Virus record (IMG/VR): IMGVR_UViG_3300032328_001191
Location: 1-29,839 of that record
Reading direction: 5' to 3' (one strand)
DNA: 29,839 nt
Source: a virus
Lineage: Duplodnaviria > Caudoviricetes
Made by a program: the position numbers and the translations under genes. Below the pieces are notes generated by a model. The model ran no database searches. It saw only the letters and a list, made by a program, of their open reading frames with translations, and was not told the DNA's origin. Positions 1-9,910 of the stretch are shown in pieces (within the stretch, counting starts at the first letter, position 1; the number at the start of each line of letters is the position of its first letter).

Positions 1-823
1 CTTCGTCTTCATCATCTGATTCCATCATTTCATCTTCATCATCTGATTCCATCATTTCATCTTCATCATCTGATTCCATCATTTCGTCTTCATCATCTGA
101 TTCCATCATTTCGTCTTCATCATCTGATTCCATCATTTCGTCTTCATCATCTGATTCCATCATTTCGTCTTCATCATCTAAATGGATTTCGTAAACAACT
201 TCATCATCATCTGATTCCATCATTTCATCATCTGATTCAATATCTTCGATATCTACTTCTGATGTATCTCCGTCTTTAGAGAAAATAGCGTCAATTACAT
301 CTTGTACTGACTCGTCTGTTTCTGTTTGGTTCATAATTTCGTCTGTTTCGTTCATATTTATTTCGTCTTCTTCAGACTCACCAAGCTTTACTAAGTATTC
401 TGTATCAGCGTCGTTGTCTGTTAAGTGAATATCTTCACCATCTTTTTTAACGATGATTCCGTCTTCTTCACCCATAGCCTTAAACACTTTAAGAATTTCT
501 TCGTCAGATGCGTCAGTCAAATCTATAGGACTTTCGTCCTCAGAGTCCATGTCCATATTCATGTCAACATCCATATCCATGTCTTCTGTGTCGTCATCAA
601 CATCCATATCAACATCCATATCCACATCATCTGTGTCAACGTCTGTATCTATGTCTGTATCTAAATCAATCTCATCTTGTTCAGAAAGAGATTCTTTTAC
701 TAACTGATTGATTTCTTCTTTCATTGTAGAATGAAGTATTCCTTTTGCATTTTCGGCAATTGCCTCTTCAACATTTTTCATTTGAATAAGCGCCTCTTGT
801 ACTAATGATTTATTTTCTTGCAT
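1..823 (-). CDS. Highly acidic prohead scaffold/core-like protein (partial, runs off left edge)
   Basis: Not in the ORF track because it is truncated. ATG at 823 reads MQENKSLVQEALIQMKNVEEAIAENAKGILHSTMKEEISQLVKESL..., then Asp/Glu-rich tracts with no stop to the window edge. It lies downstream of portal and prohead protease, where T4-like phages put the scaffold. Function inferred from position and composition. Confidence 0.7.
   Translation of the reverse strand, partial: MQENKSLVQEALIQMKNVEEAIAENAKGILHSTMKEEINQLVKESLSEQDEIDLDTDIDTDVDTDDVDMDVDMDVDDDTEDMDMDVDMNMDMDSEDESPIDLTDASDEEILKVFKAMGEEDGIIVKKDGEDIHLTDNDADTEYLVKLGESEEDEINMNETDEIMNQTETDESVQDVIDAIFSKDGDTSEVDIEDIESDDEMMESDDDEVVYEIHLDDEDEMMESDDEDEMMESDDEDEMMESDDEDEMMESDDEDEMMESDDEDEMMESDDEDE
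6..179 (-). repeat. 27-nt coding tandem repeat (about 6.4 copies) encoding DDEDEMMES
   Basis: Unit tcttcatcatctgattccatcatttc(a/g) at 6, 33, 60, 87, 114 and 141, plus a partial copy at 168; a degenerate copy lies near 201-235. Confidence 0.95.
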
Positions 824-880
824 GAAAAATTATTTAATTTAACTAATAAATAGTCTCAAAATTAAAAAAAGTAGTTTTTA

Positions 881-1219
881 TTAAACTACTACGTAAGTTT
901 TTTGTTGTAAGTTAATGGCCACAACAGACTTATTTGTTTGAGACTCAATCCAAGTTTGTAAGGTATTATAACTTGTGTCAAAAACCATATAAGTATTTTG
1001 TAATTGTGTTGTAGTAGATTTCAACACGACTTGAAAACAATTTGTTGATGTTTCATCATTAACAATGACTTCCATATTACCTAAATACCATATTTGACTA
1101 ATCTCTACACCTGTTCCTTCACAATAAGCCAAACAATTTGACCACGATGAAGCATTAATAATTTTTAAAGTTGAATTAACGGGTCCTGTTCCTGCGGAAA
1201 ATGTTACTTGAAAGTTCAT
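881..1219 (-). CDS. Hypothetical protein (112 aa)
   Basis: Clean ORF co-oriented with the head module; TATTTAT motif at 1233-1239 upstream. Confidence 0.75.
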   Translation of the reverse strand: MNFQVTFSAGTGPVNSTLKIINASSWSNCLAYCEGTGVEISQIWYLGNMEVIVNDETSTNCFQVVLKSTTTQLQNTYMVFDTSYNTLQTWIESQTNKSVVAINLQQKTYVVV

Positions 1220-1250
1220 ATAATTTTATTTGATAAATATCTACCAAATA

Positions 1251-1277
1251 AAAAAAGTGGTCTTTCGACCACTTTTT
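1251..1277. terminator. Intrinsic terminator (bidirectional-looking)
   Basis: aaaaaaGTGGTC-tttc-GACCACttttt hairpin with A/T tracts on both sides, just after the 1284..1496 gene. Confidence 0.8.
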
Positions 1278-1283
1278 ATTAAA

Positions 1284-1496
1284 TTACTTTTCAATTACTT
1301 CATCGATTTTACTTTCAGATACCGAAGTTATTCTCCAATCGTGTGTGAATCCTTCATACTTTGTTGTAACTTTTGCCTCAACATCTGTTACTGAAAAACC
1401 TTTAACAAGTTTTTCTTCTCTGATTTTTTTAATCTTTCCTGAATTTTCATCAGGTAAATCGTACTGAATTTTTGCTACAAAATACTTTTCGTCCAT
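1284..1496 (-). CDS. DUF4494-like small protein
   Basis: Pattern YFVAKIQY..ENSGKIKKIREEKLVKGFSVTDVEAKV..W.ITSVSESKI resembles the Bacteroidota DUF4494 repeat unit (recognised from memory). Confidence 0.6.
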   Translation of the reverse strand: MDEKYFVAKIQYDLPDENSGKIKKIREEKLVKGFSVTDVEAKVTTKYEGFTHDWRITSVSESKIDEVIEK

Positions 1497-1502
1497 GTTT
1501 AA

Positions 1503-2219
1503 TTATTTTCCTAAAAAATCGTTTAATTTTCTCATTAAGTCAACTGATTTCTCAGCAAACTGATTTGAATCTTTACGATTTCTTTCTTCGTCTAAATTTT
1601 CTTCGTAGTTGTTTCTATCCTCAGGATTTGTAAATAAATAAGCTCCCGGTGTAGATGGTGATGATACTAAGTCAAAACAAATTAATTCGAAATCGTCTTG
1701 AACTTCATTTCTTTCCCCAACTTTTTTGAGTGAGCCAACACCTCTTGAAGAAACTCCCATAGTAACACCTTGCCTCATTAAGTTAGCAGCAATATCTCCT
1801 TTCGTTGAAACAATTCCTCTTTCATGAAATCCTGGAGATGTCAATAATTTAAGTTTCCCCATCAAGATATTTTTGTCCCACCAAATGTCAGTTATAATAT
1901 GAGAAACTCTATCTAAGTCAATAAGAGAAGATTCAGGGTGATTCAATTCTGAAGTAGATAAACCTTTTGCAATTGTTTTCTTATAGTTTTCTGCTTCTCT
2001 TTTCAGTATTTTTTCAGGATAAAATCTACCATTTCTATTTGGTGTGTCGTATTTTTGAAGAACCGCATAAAACTCGAACGGGTTTTTATGGTCCAAATTT
2101 GCGGCCTCCTTTAAAACATTTGCGTTATGTTCGTCTTTTGGAGAAACATAACCAGCATCCATTTCAACTAAGATGCCATGTCCAAGCTCACTTGCTTCTA
2201 ATATTCTAAGATTTTTCAT
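1503..2219 (-). CDS. Prohead core protein protease (T4 gp21-like)
   Basis: Motifs NRNGRFYP, ELNHP, VSHII, GVSSRGVGS and FDLVSSPSTPGA. ATG at 2219 preferred over TTG at 2222. Confidence 0.93.
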   Translation of the reverse strand: MKNLRILEASELGHGILVEMDAGYVSPKDEHNANVLKEAANLDHKNPFEFYAVLQKYDTPNRNGRFYPEKILKREAENYKKTIAKGLSTSELNHPESSLIDLDRVSHIITDIWWDKNILMGKLKLLTSPGFHERGIVSTKGDIAANLMRQGVTMGVSSRGVGSLKKVGERNEVQDDFELICFDLVSSPSTPGAYLFTNPEDRNNYEENLDEERNRKDSNQFAEKSVDLMRKLNDFLGK

Positions 2220-2255
2220 CAAGGTTTTTAAAATAAATATCCAATAATAGATACT

Positions 2256-2696
2256 TTATTGATTTGTTTCTTTTTTTGAGGTTGAAAAGTTAAAATATTT
2301 GTTTTCGATAATGTTATTTTTAAAAATGTTTTTAATAATTTTTTTTATAGATTCTTTTATTTCATAAGATTTAAAATCTAATTCTATGTTTGTGTATAGA
2401 TTAACTTCTAAATTAAAAAATGATTTTTTTCCGTGTGATATTCCACTTGTACGTAGGTCTAAATCTACAATACTTTTTTCTTGAAAAATATCTGTTGTTA
2501 TTGAATTATAAACGGAGTGTTTTATCTCTCTACTTAAATTACAAACAACTCTGTTCCAATTGTCGTGCTCAAATTTTGGCGTTACCCATGATTGTATGTT
2601 TATGTAGACAGATTTTAAGTTTTTTGAATCTACAGTCCCGTAGCTTGATTTGATAGGATTATAAAGATTCAACTTTACACTTTTGCCTTTTTTCAT
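2256..2696 (-). CDS. Hypothetical protein (146 aa)
   Basis: ORF with ATG start in the head module; no recognised motif. Confidence 0.75.
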   Translation of the reverse strand: MKKGKSVKLNLYNPIKSSYGTVDSKNLKSVYINIQSWVTPKFEHDNWNRVVCNLSREIKHSVYNSITTDIFQEKSIVDLDLRTSGISHGKKSFFNLEVNLYTNIELDFKSYEIKESIKKIIKNIFKNNIIENKYFNFSTSKKETNQ

Positions 2697-2788
2697 TAAT
2701 TTTCATATTATTCGGTTTATTTATTATAAAAATAAGAGATATAAATCCGATAGTCAAAATTTTTGGAAAAAAGTAGATATTTTATAAT

Positions 2789-2974
2789 ATGTTAATAGTT
2801 GAAATTAAAAATGGAGAGAACATTGAAAAATCTCTCAAGACATTGAAATCTAAAGTCATTAAGACTAAGCAAAATCAAATTCTATTTGATAGAAAGGAGT
2901 ATAAAAAAAAATCGGTTCGAAAAAGAACCGAGATTTTGAAAGCGAAATATATTCAAAGAAAAAAATTAAATTGA
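2789..2974 (+). CDS. rpsU: Phage-encoded 30S ribosomal protein bS21
   Basis: MLIVEIKNGENIEKSLKTLKSKV...RKEYKKKSVRKRTEILKAKYIQ matches the Bacteroidia bS21 pattern (GENI..AL, K.SV..R, KA.YIQ with Tyr54). Confidence 0.9.
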   Translation: MLIVEIKNGENIEKSLKTLKSKVIKTKQNQILFDRKEYKKKSVRKRTEILKAKYIQRKKLN

Positions 2975-3661
2975 GTTTTCTAAGTTTTTCAACTTTAGGA
3001 AATTAAGTTGGTCAAACTTCTCGTTTTTAATTCTTTCTATTGTTTCAGATATTTTTGTTTTTACTTCAAATTCTTGTTCATTTTCCAAAATAGTATTTAA
3101 TTTAGAAATAGTGCTTTCCCTAAGTGTTTCAAATTTAGTTTCTAATGTTTTTGTATCCTCTGAAATGATTTGAAAAAATTCTTTTTTTTCATCCTCACTT
3201 AAATTTTCGATATAAGTTCTCAACGTTTGATTGGCAATATTAACCATCGATTTGATTGGAATGTTAATGGTCTCTCTAACGGTTTTTTTCTCAGAAGTTA
3301 AAACTCTAACAATATTTTTCTTTGCAGAAACTCTCTCAGATAAAGTAACTTTATTTAAATAAACTAAAGTATCTATATCCGCATATTCATTAACTGATTC
3401 AGAAATTGTTTTAGGAAGTTTAATTCCACCCAATAATTTTTGAATAAGATTAACACCTTCATCTAAATAATCTTTGGCGTCTGTTTCGGATAATCCCTGA
3501 GGAGTACTTAACTGGTCATATAAAGAATAAACTTTAGACATAGTTTTATTACTCAAAACATTATGTTTGAATTCTCTTAATGATTGTTTGAATTCCCCTT
3601 CATTTTTGTAGGATTCAATTAAGCTGTTCTCGATTATGGATTTTACTTGCCCGAATGTCAT
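2966..3661 (-). CDS. Hypothetical helical protein next to portal (231 aa)
   Basis: Long ORF, co-oriented with the portal; TATTTAT motif at 3678-3684. Confidence 0.8.
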   Translation of the reverse strand: MTFGQVKSIIENSLIESYKNEGEFKQSLREFKHNVLSNKTMSKVYSLYDQLSTPQGLSETDAKDYLDEGVNLIQKLLGGIKLPKTISESVNEYADIDTLVYLNKVTLSERVSAKKNIVRVLTSEKKTVRETINIPIKSMVNIANQTLRTYIENLSEDEKKEFFQIISEDTKTLETKFETLRESTISKLNTILENEQEFEVKTKISETIERIKNEKFDQLNFLKLKNLENSI

Positions 3662-3684
3662 TGTTGGTAGTTTTAGTATAAATA

Positions 3685-5517
3685 CTACAAATTTAATAAG
3701 TTATCTAATTCTTTTGAAATTTCTCCCAAAGAATCTTGTCCTTGTCCTAAATCCAAAAATAGTTTTCCCTCAATGAAATTATTTTCAACTAAAATATTAA
3801 GATTATCCATTCTCGATTCTGGTGTTACCTCACCCCCCTCTGCCGGTGGCGGTACTGTTTCTTCTCCTGCCGGAGGTGGTGGTGCCGCTCCTAAATCACC
3901 CCCACCTAAATCACCTCCTGGTGCTGGTGGTGGAGTAGTGGTCGATACCGCAGATGCGGTTCCTCCTGTGGTAGAACCATATAACTTATCTATGTTATCG
4001 AATATTCCTGTTTTTGTAATAACTGTCGGAGTCGCTTTAAGTTCTTCACCCACAGCTCTTTCAATTCTTTGTTGTTGTAAATCCAATCTAATTTCTTCAT
4101 CAGACCAACCAAAAATATGTTTTTTAGCCCAAGTAGATGAAGTTGCTTGAATACCATTTCCTGGGTCTGCAACCAAATCTTTATAAAGAAGAACTTTTTC
4201 TTTCCACACATCAATCTTTAATAAATCGGCTTGAGTCGATGGATTTGTTAAACCTAATGTAAAATTTGAAAGTTCGTCCTCAAAACCCAATAAGAATAAG
4301 TGGACAATTGCAATCTTATTCAGTTCTTGAATCATGCTCTTCTGAATTCTATTAATCGTACGAGCAAATCTAATATCTTGTAATGATAAATTTTTACCAT
4401 CACCAACCACTTCCTCAAATCCTAAAAAGGCTTTAGGTACACGAAGAGCCGTCAATAATTTCTTTTGAATATATTCAATATCTGCAATCTCAGACAAGTT
4501 AGTTGCACCTGGTAAAGTTGTAATTGGGTCGGGAGCTGCTGGGTCTCTGACAGGAATGAAATAGTCTTGGTCAACTGCCATTTGGTTGAATCTCATATCC
4601 ACGTTACCTGTCTTACTATCAACAATTTGTTCTCTTTTGAATTTGTTGGCAACACGTTGTACATATGCCTCGACATCATCGTCATTCATATTTCCAACGA
4701 ATACTTTAAACATTCTTCTTTCAGGAGCTCTTGACGTACGATAAATTAACATTGCATCCTCTGATAATAAAAGTTGTTTCCAAATTCTTCTTGCCTTTTC
4801 TAACATCGAAGTACCATAAGGAAGTTTTCTATCATCACCTAATAATCTAAAGTGTGCAATTTCCCACGATTGAAAAGTCATGTTCTTATTCTTCCAAGTA
4901 AATTCTAAGGCTTTTGGTTTTTCAGGTTTTTCGACATTGACAGTAATTTTGGCACCTGCACCGGCTTCATGTCTTTCAATTTCAATTGTCGGTAATTGTT
5001 GACATCCAACAATACCTTTTTCAGGGTCGAGTTTTAGATATACAAAGTTATCACCGTACTTACAAGTGTTTCTTGTCCACATTGGTAAGTTAGTATTGAT
5101 ATCCAATGAGTTGTTGAACAAATCCGCCAATACAGATTTGATACGTTTTGATTCTGAATAAATTTGTAAAATAAAACCATCTTCATTTGTTGTTGTAGAT
5201 TCTTCTGAATATATGTCTAAAGCCGCAGAAATCTCAGGAGTATACTCCATCGATTCATAATCATACTGAGCTGAAAGTCTTGTTGGCTCATAATACATTG
5301 CTTGAGAATACATGTTATTCTCAACCTTCGCCCATTGACCCGATAAATAAAATGTTTGTTGTGCTTGTAGTTTTTCTTTCTCGTATTCGTCTCGACTTGT
5401 TGTACGTAACAACTCCTTCTTATCAAATTTGAAAGTAGGATAATCTTGATTTAACAAAGAATTTGGACCAAACGTTTTGGATAAACGTTGCCAAACGGTC
5501 AGATTTTGTTCGCTCAT
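3685..5517 (-). CDS. Portal vertex protein (T4 gp20-like)
   Basis: Motifs PEISAALDIYSEE, WKQLLLSEDAMLIYRTSRAPERRMFKVFVGNM, DYFIPVR, ITTLPGATNLSEIADIEY and ALRVP; Pro/Gly-rich C-terminal tail. Confidence 0.95.
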   Translation of the reverse strand: MSEQNLTVWQRLSKTFGPNSLLNQDYPTFKFDKKELLRTTSRDEYEKEKLQAQQTFYLSGQWAKVENNMYSQAMYYEPTRLSAQYDYESMEYTPEISAALDIYSEESTTTNEDGFILQIYSESKRIKSVLADLFNNSLDINTNLPMWTRNTCKYGDNFVYLKLDPEKGIVGCQQLPTIEIERHEAGAGAKITVNVEKPEKPKALEFTWKNKNMTFQSWEIAHFRLLGDDRKLPYGTSMLEKARRIWKQLLLSEDAMLIYRTSRAPERRMFKVFVGNMNDDDVEAYVQRVANKFKREQIVDSKTGNVDMRFNQMAVDQDYFIPVRDPAAPDPITTLPGATNLSEIADIEYIQKKLLTALRVPKAFLGFEEVVGDGKNLSLQDIRFARTINRIQKSMIQELNKIAIVHLFLLGFEDELSNFTLGLTNPSTQADLLKIDVWKEKVLLYKDLVADPGNGIQATSSTWAKKHIFGWSDEEIRLDLQQQRIERAVGEELKATPTVITKTGIFDNIDKLYGSTTGGTASAVSTTTPPPAPGGDLGGGDLGAAPPPPAGEETVPPPAEGGEVTPESRMDNLNILVENNFIEGKLFLDLGQGQDSLGEISKELDNLLNL

Positions 5518-5555
5518 GGTATAATTTTAACTCGTTTCTTTAATAATATAAATAG

Positions 5556-7316
5556 TTATTTACTACCAAATAACCACCCATACGTCTCGTAGTCTTTTTT
5601 AGAAGGACCTGAATTATACTGTCGACTATCCCTACCCATTTGAGGCACCATAGGATTAAAGAACTCAGAAGAATTTTTATTTTCTCTTACAGTTGTTGCC
5701 CATGAGTTCAACATTGCTTTGGTGTGATTAACAACTTTAGTTAACGATTGGAAAGATTTTTCCGCAACGTAGATTGCCATTGAAATACCCATAATACAGT
5801 CGTCATGATGTCCTTTCTGATGGTCAGGTCTACCATTAACATAAATAAAAGTATTCATTTCATTATACAGTCTGTGAGAATAAATTTTGAAATCGTGTCT
5901 TACGGCTTCTTCTAATGAAGCAATAATCTGTACTCTTTTATTATTAAAATTAATACCAGGTATCTTTTCGTTCATCTTTGGGTCATATTTCCATTTGTTA
6001 CTTGTGTCAACATTATCAACATACATACCACCCTGATAACCCATTTCTTGCATTTTTCTTGCAGTCGCAACACCCATACCTCCCGTTAAATCCACAACAC
6101 AATATGCATTATACATACTTCCCCACTTGTAGGCAATCTCTGCAGTAATGTCTGGTGGGACTTTTCCGACGTATTCAAGGACTTGTTCCATTGTATCGAA
6201 GTCAATTATCTGAATACAACTAAAGTCTTCAGAATCACCTCTAGATACGTCTACACCCATAACATACTTGTGACCGTTTTCTGGTTCTTTGAAAATCCAT
6301 AAAGAACCTCCCATCATTTTCGCAATTGGTTCTTTTAATTGATTTTTTGATATGTTCTGCATTAATTCAGAATCAAAAACGTTATCACCCGAACCCAAGA
6401 AGTTACATTCCAACTCCTGAGCCACTTTACGTCTATCGAACTTTAACTTTTTAACCATCCCCTCAAACCAAGCTGAGCATGGTTTATATCCCTGCTCAAT
6501 ATATGAAGTTACTATTGAGTGGTCTCGTTCATATGGATTATCAACGGATAAGTCCACAACAACATCTTCGGCATAATCTTCTCTATTTAACAAAAAATGA
6601 ACTAAGTCATTTGTTTTAACCATATACAAATCTTTTGTATACCTCGGGTCACGATGCCAGTACATTTCAGAAATTTTGAAGTCATTCATATTTCTTAATG
6701 CTTGGTCATAAATTTCATAATAAATTGCATCGTATCCGTTTGGTGTTGATACAACAATAACCTTACCACCCGTAGATAGGGAGGCCATACAGGCAGACCA
6801 AAAATCTCCATCAGCCTCAATGAACGCGGCTTCATCAAAAATAAGAATAGTTGGAGTATAACCTCTTAACGCATCCTTTGATGTAGCAACTGCTTTAACT
6901 TCACAGTCATTAGTTAGTTTAAAATGTCTTTGTGCGTTTTTATCTTGTGAAAATCCGACACCAACCCAAGCTGGCCATTGTTCTGTAAAATTCCTAATTT
7001 TGTTAGCCATCTCAACTGATGTATCTAACTTATTGGCAATGATTAGAATTTTTTCGGGTTTTTGTTTTTTTGCAAATACCAATTTTTTTGATGCCCAAGC
7101 AGCAGTAACCGTTGATACACCCGCCTGACGATATTTCAACGCAATGTTTTCATTGTGGTTATCGTAATCTTCAATAAGACTAACTTGGTCAGGAAATAAA
7201 TCTAATGGGACGTATTTTGATACGGTATTATCGTATGTCTGTAAATAAGTACGAAGTGCATAAGGTGTGTTCCTCATACACTTCGTTACTTCTATAATTA
7301 ATTGTTCTTTAGTCAC
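5556..7316 (-). CDS. terL: Terminase large subunit (T4 gp17-like)
   Basis: Walker A-like KYRQAGVST, Walker B ILIFDEAAF, coupling motif STPNG, QELECNF, and nuclease motifs GVDVSRG and HDDCIM; GTG start. Confidence 0.95.
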   Translation of the reverse strand: MTKEQLIIEVTKCMRNTPYALRTYLQTYDNTVSKYVPLDLFPDQVSLIEDYDNHNENIALKYRQAGVSTVTAAWASKKLVFAKKQKPEKILIIANKLDTSVEMANKIRNFTEQWPAWVGVGFSQDKNAQRHFKLTNDCEVKAVATSKDALRGYTPTILIFDEAAFIEADGDFWSACMASLSTGGKVIVVSTPNGYDAIYYEIYDQALRNMNDFKISEMYWHRDPRYTKDLYMVKTNDLVHFLLNREDYAEDVVVDLSVDNPYERDHSIVTSYIEQGYKPCSAWFEGMVKKLKFDRRKVAQELECNFLGSGDNVFDSELMQNISKNQLKEPIAKMMGGSLWIFKEPENGHKYVMGVDVSRGDSEDFSCIQIIDFDTMEQVLEYVGKVPPDITAEIAYKWGSMYNAYCVVDLTGGMGVATARKMQEMGYQGGMYVDNVDTSNKWKYDPKMNEKIPGINFNNKRVQIIASLEEAVRHDFKIYSHRLYNEMNTFIYVNGRPDHQKGHHDDCIMGISMAIYVAEKSFQSLTKVVNHTKAMLNSWATTVRENKNSSEFFNPMVPQMGRDSRQYNSGPSKKDYETYGWLFGSK

Positions 7317-7322
7317 AAATTA

Positions 7323-8630
7323 TTATTTGGGTCTTGATATCCCCAAACTACCTAAGAAATCATCCAATCCTTCATCATCGTCATCTTCATCAGAATCGAT
7401 ATTTTCTTCTTCCTTATAATCTTCAAATTCGTCCTTCATAGTTCTAGCTTCTTTCATGATTTCTTCAAATCTTGTAGTTGCTTTTCTTACTTTAGACGCA
7501 TCTTCAGAGATGGCGTTTCCTATGATTTCCAAGAATTCTTGGGCTGGTATTTGGTATAACAATATATGGAACCAGTTTATTAGACCTTTATTTGATTCTT
7601 CAAACATTGAGTCTGGTAGTGCATTTCTAAGCTTTTCAACAATTTCAGGTCCTATTCTTAATTGCATCGGTTCGTTTGATAATATATCCACAGCGCCTCT
7701 CACTTTATCTCTAATACTTTTATTTTGTGAGTGTCCGTATCTTCCTTTAGCTTCTTCTAATCCTTTTATAATTTCATGACATAGGATAGGAAATATCATT
7801 CCAACCGCAACAATTTTTGTATCAGGTTGTTCTTCTCCTCCCTCTTCCCCCCCTTCTTCACCTTCGTCGTCAGCATCTTCCAACGATACTTTACCTGCAA
7901 CACCTTGACCTGTTTGACTCATCATCTCAATCATTTGTTCCATAGTAAAATACATGAAATCATTGATTGCCATGATACCTAAATAATCTCTATAAAGAGA
8001 TGGGTCTATTGCATCTAATTTAGCTTTAACTTCAGGTTTTTGGAAAAGGTAGTGTCCCTTTTTTGCGGCTCCTTGAATTAATGCATTTATAATATTTCTC
8101 TTATGTTTTTCTAATTCTAATTCTTCTTCATCAGTTAAATCTTCAATATCGAATGAAGGAATTTCTAATTTATCTTTTTTCTCTTCCTCCTCTTCATCGT
8201 CTTCAGGTTCTTCTGGTTGATATCTGAAATCTGATGTATCAGGTTGTTCCCCCAATTTAGGTTCAATTTGGTATACTCCTTCAGGTACTTGTTGTTCTTC
8301 CAAAGAGACCTCAACAGCTAATTGTTCAAGTTCTTCTCTGTTAGATGCTTCAATTCTCATAACGTTTTGAAGTCTAGACATCATCTCATTATAAATCATT
8401 CCTTGTACTTGTTGAGAACTGATATTACGATTACCAACAACTTCTTTAAGTTTATCAGCAACTTTACCGAATCTTTGGCTAACCAATCTTTGTACATCAG
8501 CGGCTCCTTTCCTCATTGCAGGATTTTGAGCATATAAACTATCAGGACTTGCCAATTTTCTTTCCAAATTTGGGTCCATTCTTTCGGGTCTATTACCGTA
8601 ATCTATCTGTTCTTTTAATTTTTTAGCCAT
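7323..8630 (-). CDS. Conserved-looking acidic phage protein (about 435 aa)
   Basis: True start is probably ATG 8630 (MAKKLKEQIDYG), 4 nt after the upstream stop; the longer track start overlaps the neighbouring gene. Confidence 0.8.
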   Translation of the reverse strand: MAKKLKEQIDYGNRPERMDPNLERKLASPDSLYAQNPAMRKGAADVQRLVSQRFGKVADKLKEVVGNRNISSQQVQGMIYNEMMSRLQNVMRIEASNREELEQLAVEVSLEEQQVPEGVYQIEPKLGEQPDTSDFRYQPEEPEDDEEEEEKKDKLEIPSFDIEDLTDEEELELEKHKRNIINALIQGAAKKGHYLFQKPEVKAKLDAIDPSLYRDYLGIMAINDFMYFTMEQMIEMMSQTGQGVAGKVSLEDADDEGEEGGEEGGEEQPDTKIVAVGMIFPILCHEIIKGLEEAKGRYGHSQNKSIRDKVRGAVDILSNEPMQLRIGPEIVEKLRNALPDSMFEESNKGLINWFHILLYQIPAQEFLEIIGNAISEDASKVRKATTRFEEIMKEARTMKDEFEDYKEEENIDSDEDDDDEGLDDFLGSLGISRPK

Positions 8631-8634
8631 TTTC

Positions 8635-9525
8635 TTATTTTTGTAAAAGTTGCATAATAACATCAATAACCTCATCTTTTGCCTTTTCAGGTGAAACTTT
8701 CTTAGCCTTCGGAGATTCTTTTTCACCAGGGTTAGGATTTTTAAAAGGACTTGGTGGTCTTTGAGGTTTTGTACCTGGTTTTCCTGGTTTTGTTGTTGGC
8801 GATGTCTTTGGTTTTGATGGTGCCGTTGATGGTGATTGTTCACCTACTTCAGACTTCACTTTAGCCGGTTTTGATTTCCCCCAACCTTGTAAGTGTTTTG
8901 TTGCGAAGTTTTCACTTTCGCTAAGGTGTTTTACCAAATCACGTTTAGTAATTCTTGGTTGTAAATTTTTTTCTACAATATTCATAATTTGAGCTTCAAG
9001 AAACAAAGATACAGGATTTTTTCCTTCTGCCAATTGTTTTTTTACAGCTTTAACACATCTCTCCCATTTTCTTGATTTCTTAGGTCCTACTTGAGAATGA
9101 CAAATTGAATATGGATTAGGTTCCCCTTTTTTAAATTTTTCTTCATTTTCCATCATACCCATTCCATCAGTTTCATCACCAAATCCATCATCAGATGATG
9201 GTCCTACTTGATGTGGGTCTTGAGTCTCAGTTTCTTTATTTGGGTCGGTAGTTACTTCAACATCTTCTTCTAATTCAGATTCGTTTGGTGTAGCAACAAC
9301 ATCACCTGTTGGAGTTTTTTTAACATTATACCCTTTTGGTGATGGAGGTAAATTCCCACCTTCTTGTCCAACTTTATAACTTTTTTTTGCGGGCATTTCT
9401 TGAACTTGTTCAGATAAAAATAACTTACTATGTAAAGTGTTGATTTGTGATTCTGTTAATTTGGAAACAGTTTTTGCTGTCATTCCTTTATCGATAAGTT
9501 GAAGGGCTTTTTTACTAATTTTCAT
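8635..9525 (-). CDS. Hypothetical protein with acidic and Pro/Lys-rich disordered tracts (296 aa)
   Basis: ORF tightly coupled to its neighbours; contains an NPYSIC...ERCV motif. Confidence 0.8.
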   Translation of the reverse strand: MKISKKALQLIDKGMTAKTVSKLTESQINTLHSKLFLSEQVQEMPAKKSYKVGQEGGNLPPSPKGYNVKKTPTGDVVATPNESELEEDVEVTTDPNKETETQDPHQVGPSSDDGFGDETDGMGMMENEEKFKKGEPNPYSICHSQVGPKKSRKWERCVKAVKKQLAEGKNPVSLFLEAQIMNIVEKNLQPRITKRDLVKHLSESENFATKHLQGWGKSKPAKVKSEVGEQSPSTAPSKPKTSPTTKPGKPGTKPQRPPSPFKNPNPGEKESPKAKKVSPEKAKDEVIDVIMQLLQK

Positions 9526-9910
9526 ATACTACTTTCTTTTCAAATTCTAATATCAAATCTCTTTCATAGAGTTTGTTTTTTATTTCTTCTTCAGTTTCTC
9601 CAAACTTAAAGACCAATCTTGTCTTTATGTTTTCATCTTCGGCTTCCCACGCTAACGCAACCACATCATCTAATCCATCTATCATACAAAAAAAATCGGA
9701 GTTCTGAATCAATTCCAATTTTATATCAGTATTTCTCAGAACCCCAACCTTCTTAATATATTTCAAGTCAGGTGGAATTGGATAACCGTTACACGGTTTA
9801 CTTTCCCAAGATTCCCCCCAAACATCTTTTTCATCAGAGAAAATAAACTCGTAAAGATTGTCCCCTTTATAATTGGGTCCTAAACCGTTTACGTAGATTA
9901 AATGACTCAT
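9515..9910 (-). CDS. Hypothetical protein (131 aa)
   Basis: ATGA overlap with the upstream gene; globular composition. Confidence 0.8.
   Translation of the reverse strand: MSHLIYVNGLGPNYKGDNLYEFIFSDEKDVWGESWESKPCNGYPIPPDLKYIKKVGVLRNTDIKLELIQNSDFFCMIDGLDDVVALAWEAEDENIKTRLVFKFGETEEEIKNKLYERDLILEFEKKVVYEN

Noticed and set aside
6-179. Possible CRISPR array
   Set aside because: The repeats are contiguous with no spacers, are a multiple of 3 in length and lie in-frame in a coding sequence.
425-707. Plus-strand ORFs 425..664 and 453..707
   Set aside because: Antisense shadows of the low-complexity acidic minus-strand gene.
5556-7316. Intein or intron in terminase or portal
   Set aside because: Both ORFs are uninterrupted and of ordinary length, with no splice-junction or homing endonuclease motifs seen.
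8631-8843. His/Gln-rich N-terminal extension of ORF 7323..8843
   Set aside because: An alternate-frame read of the upstream gene's Pro/Lys-rich tail; ATG 8630 fits the operon spacing.
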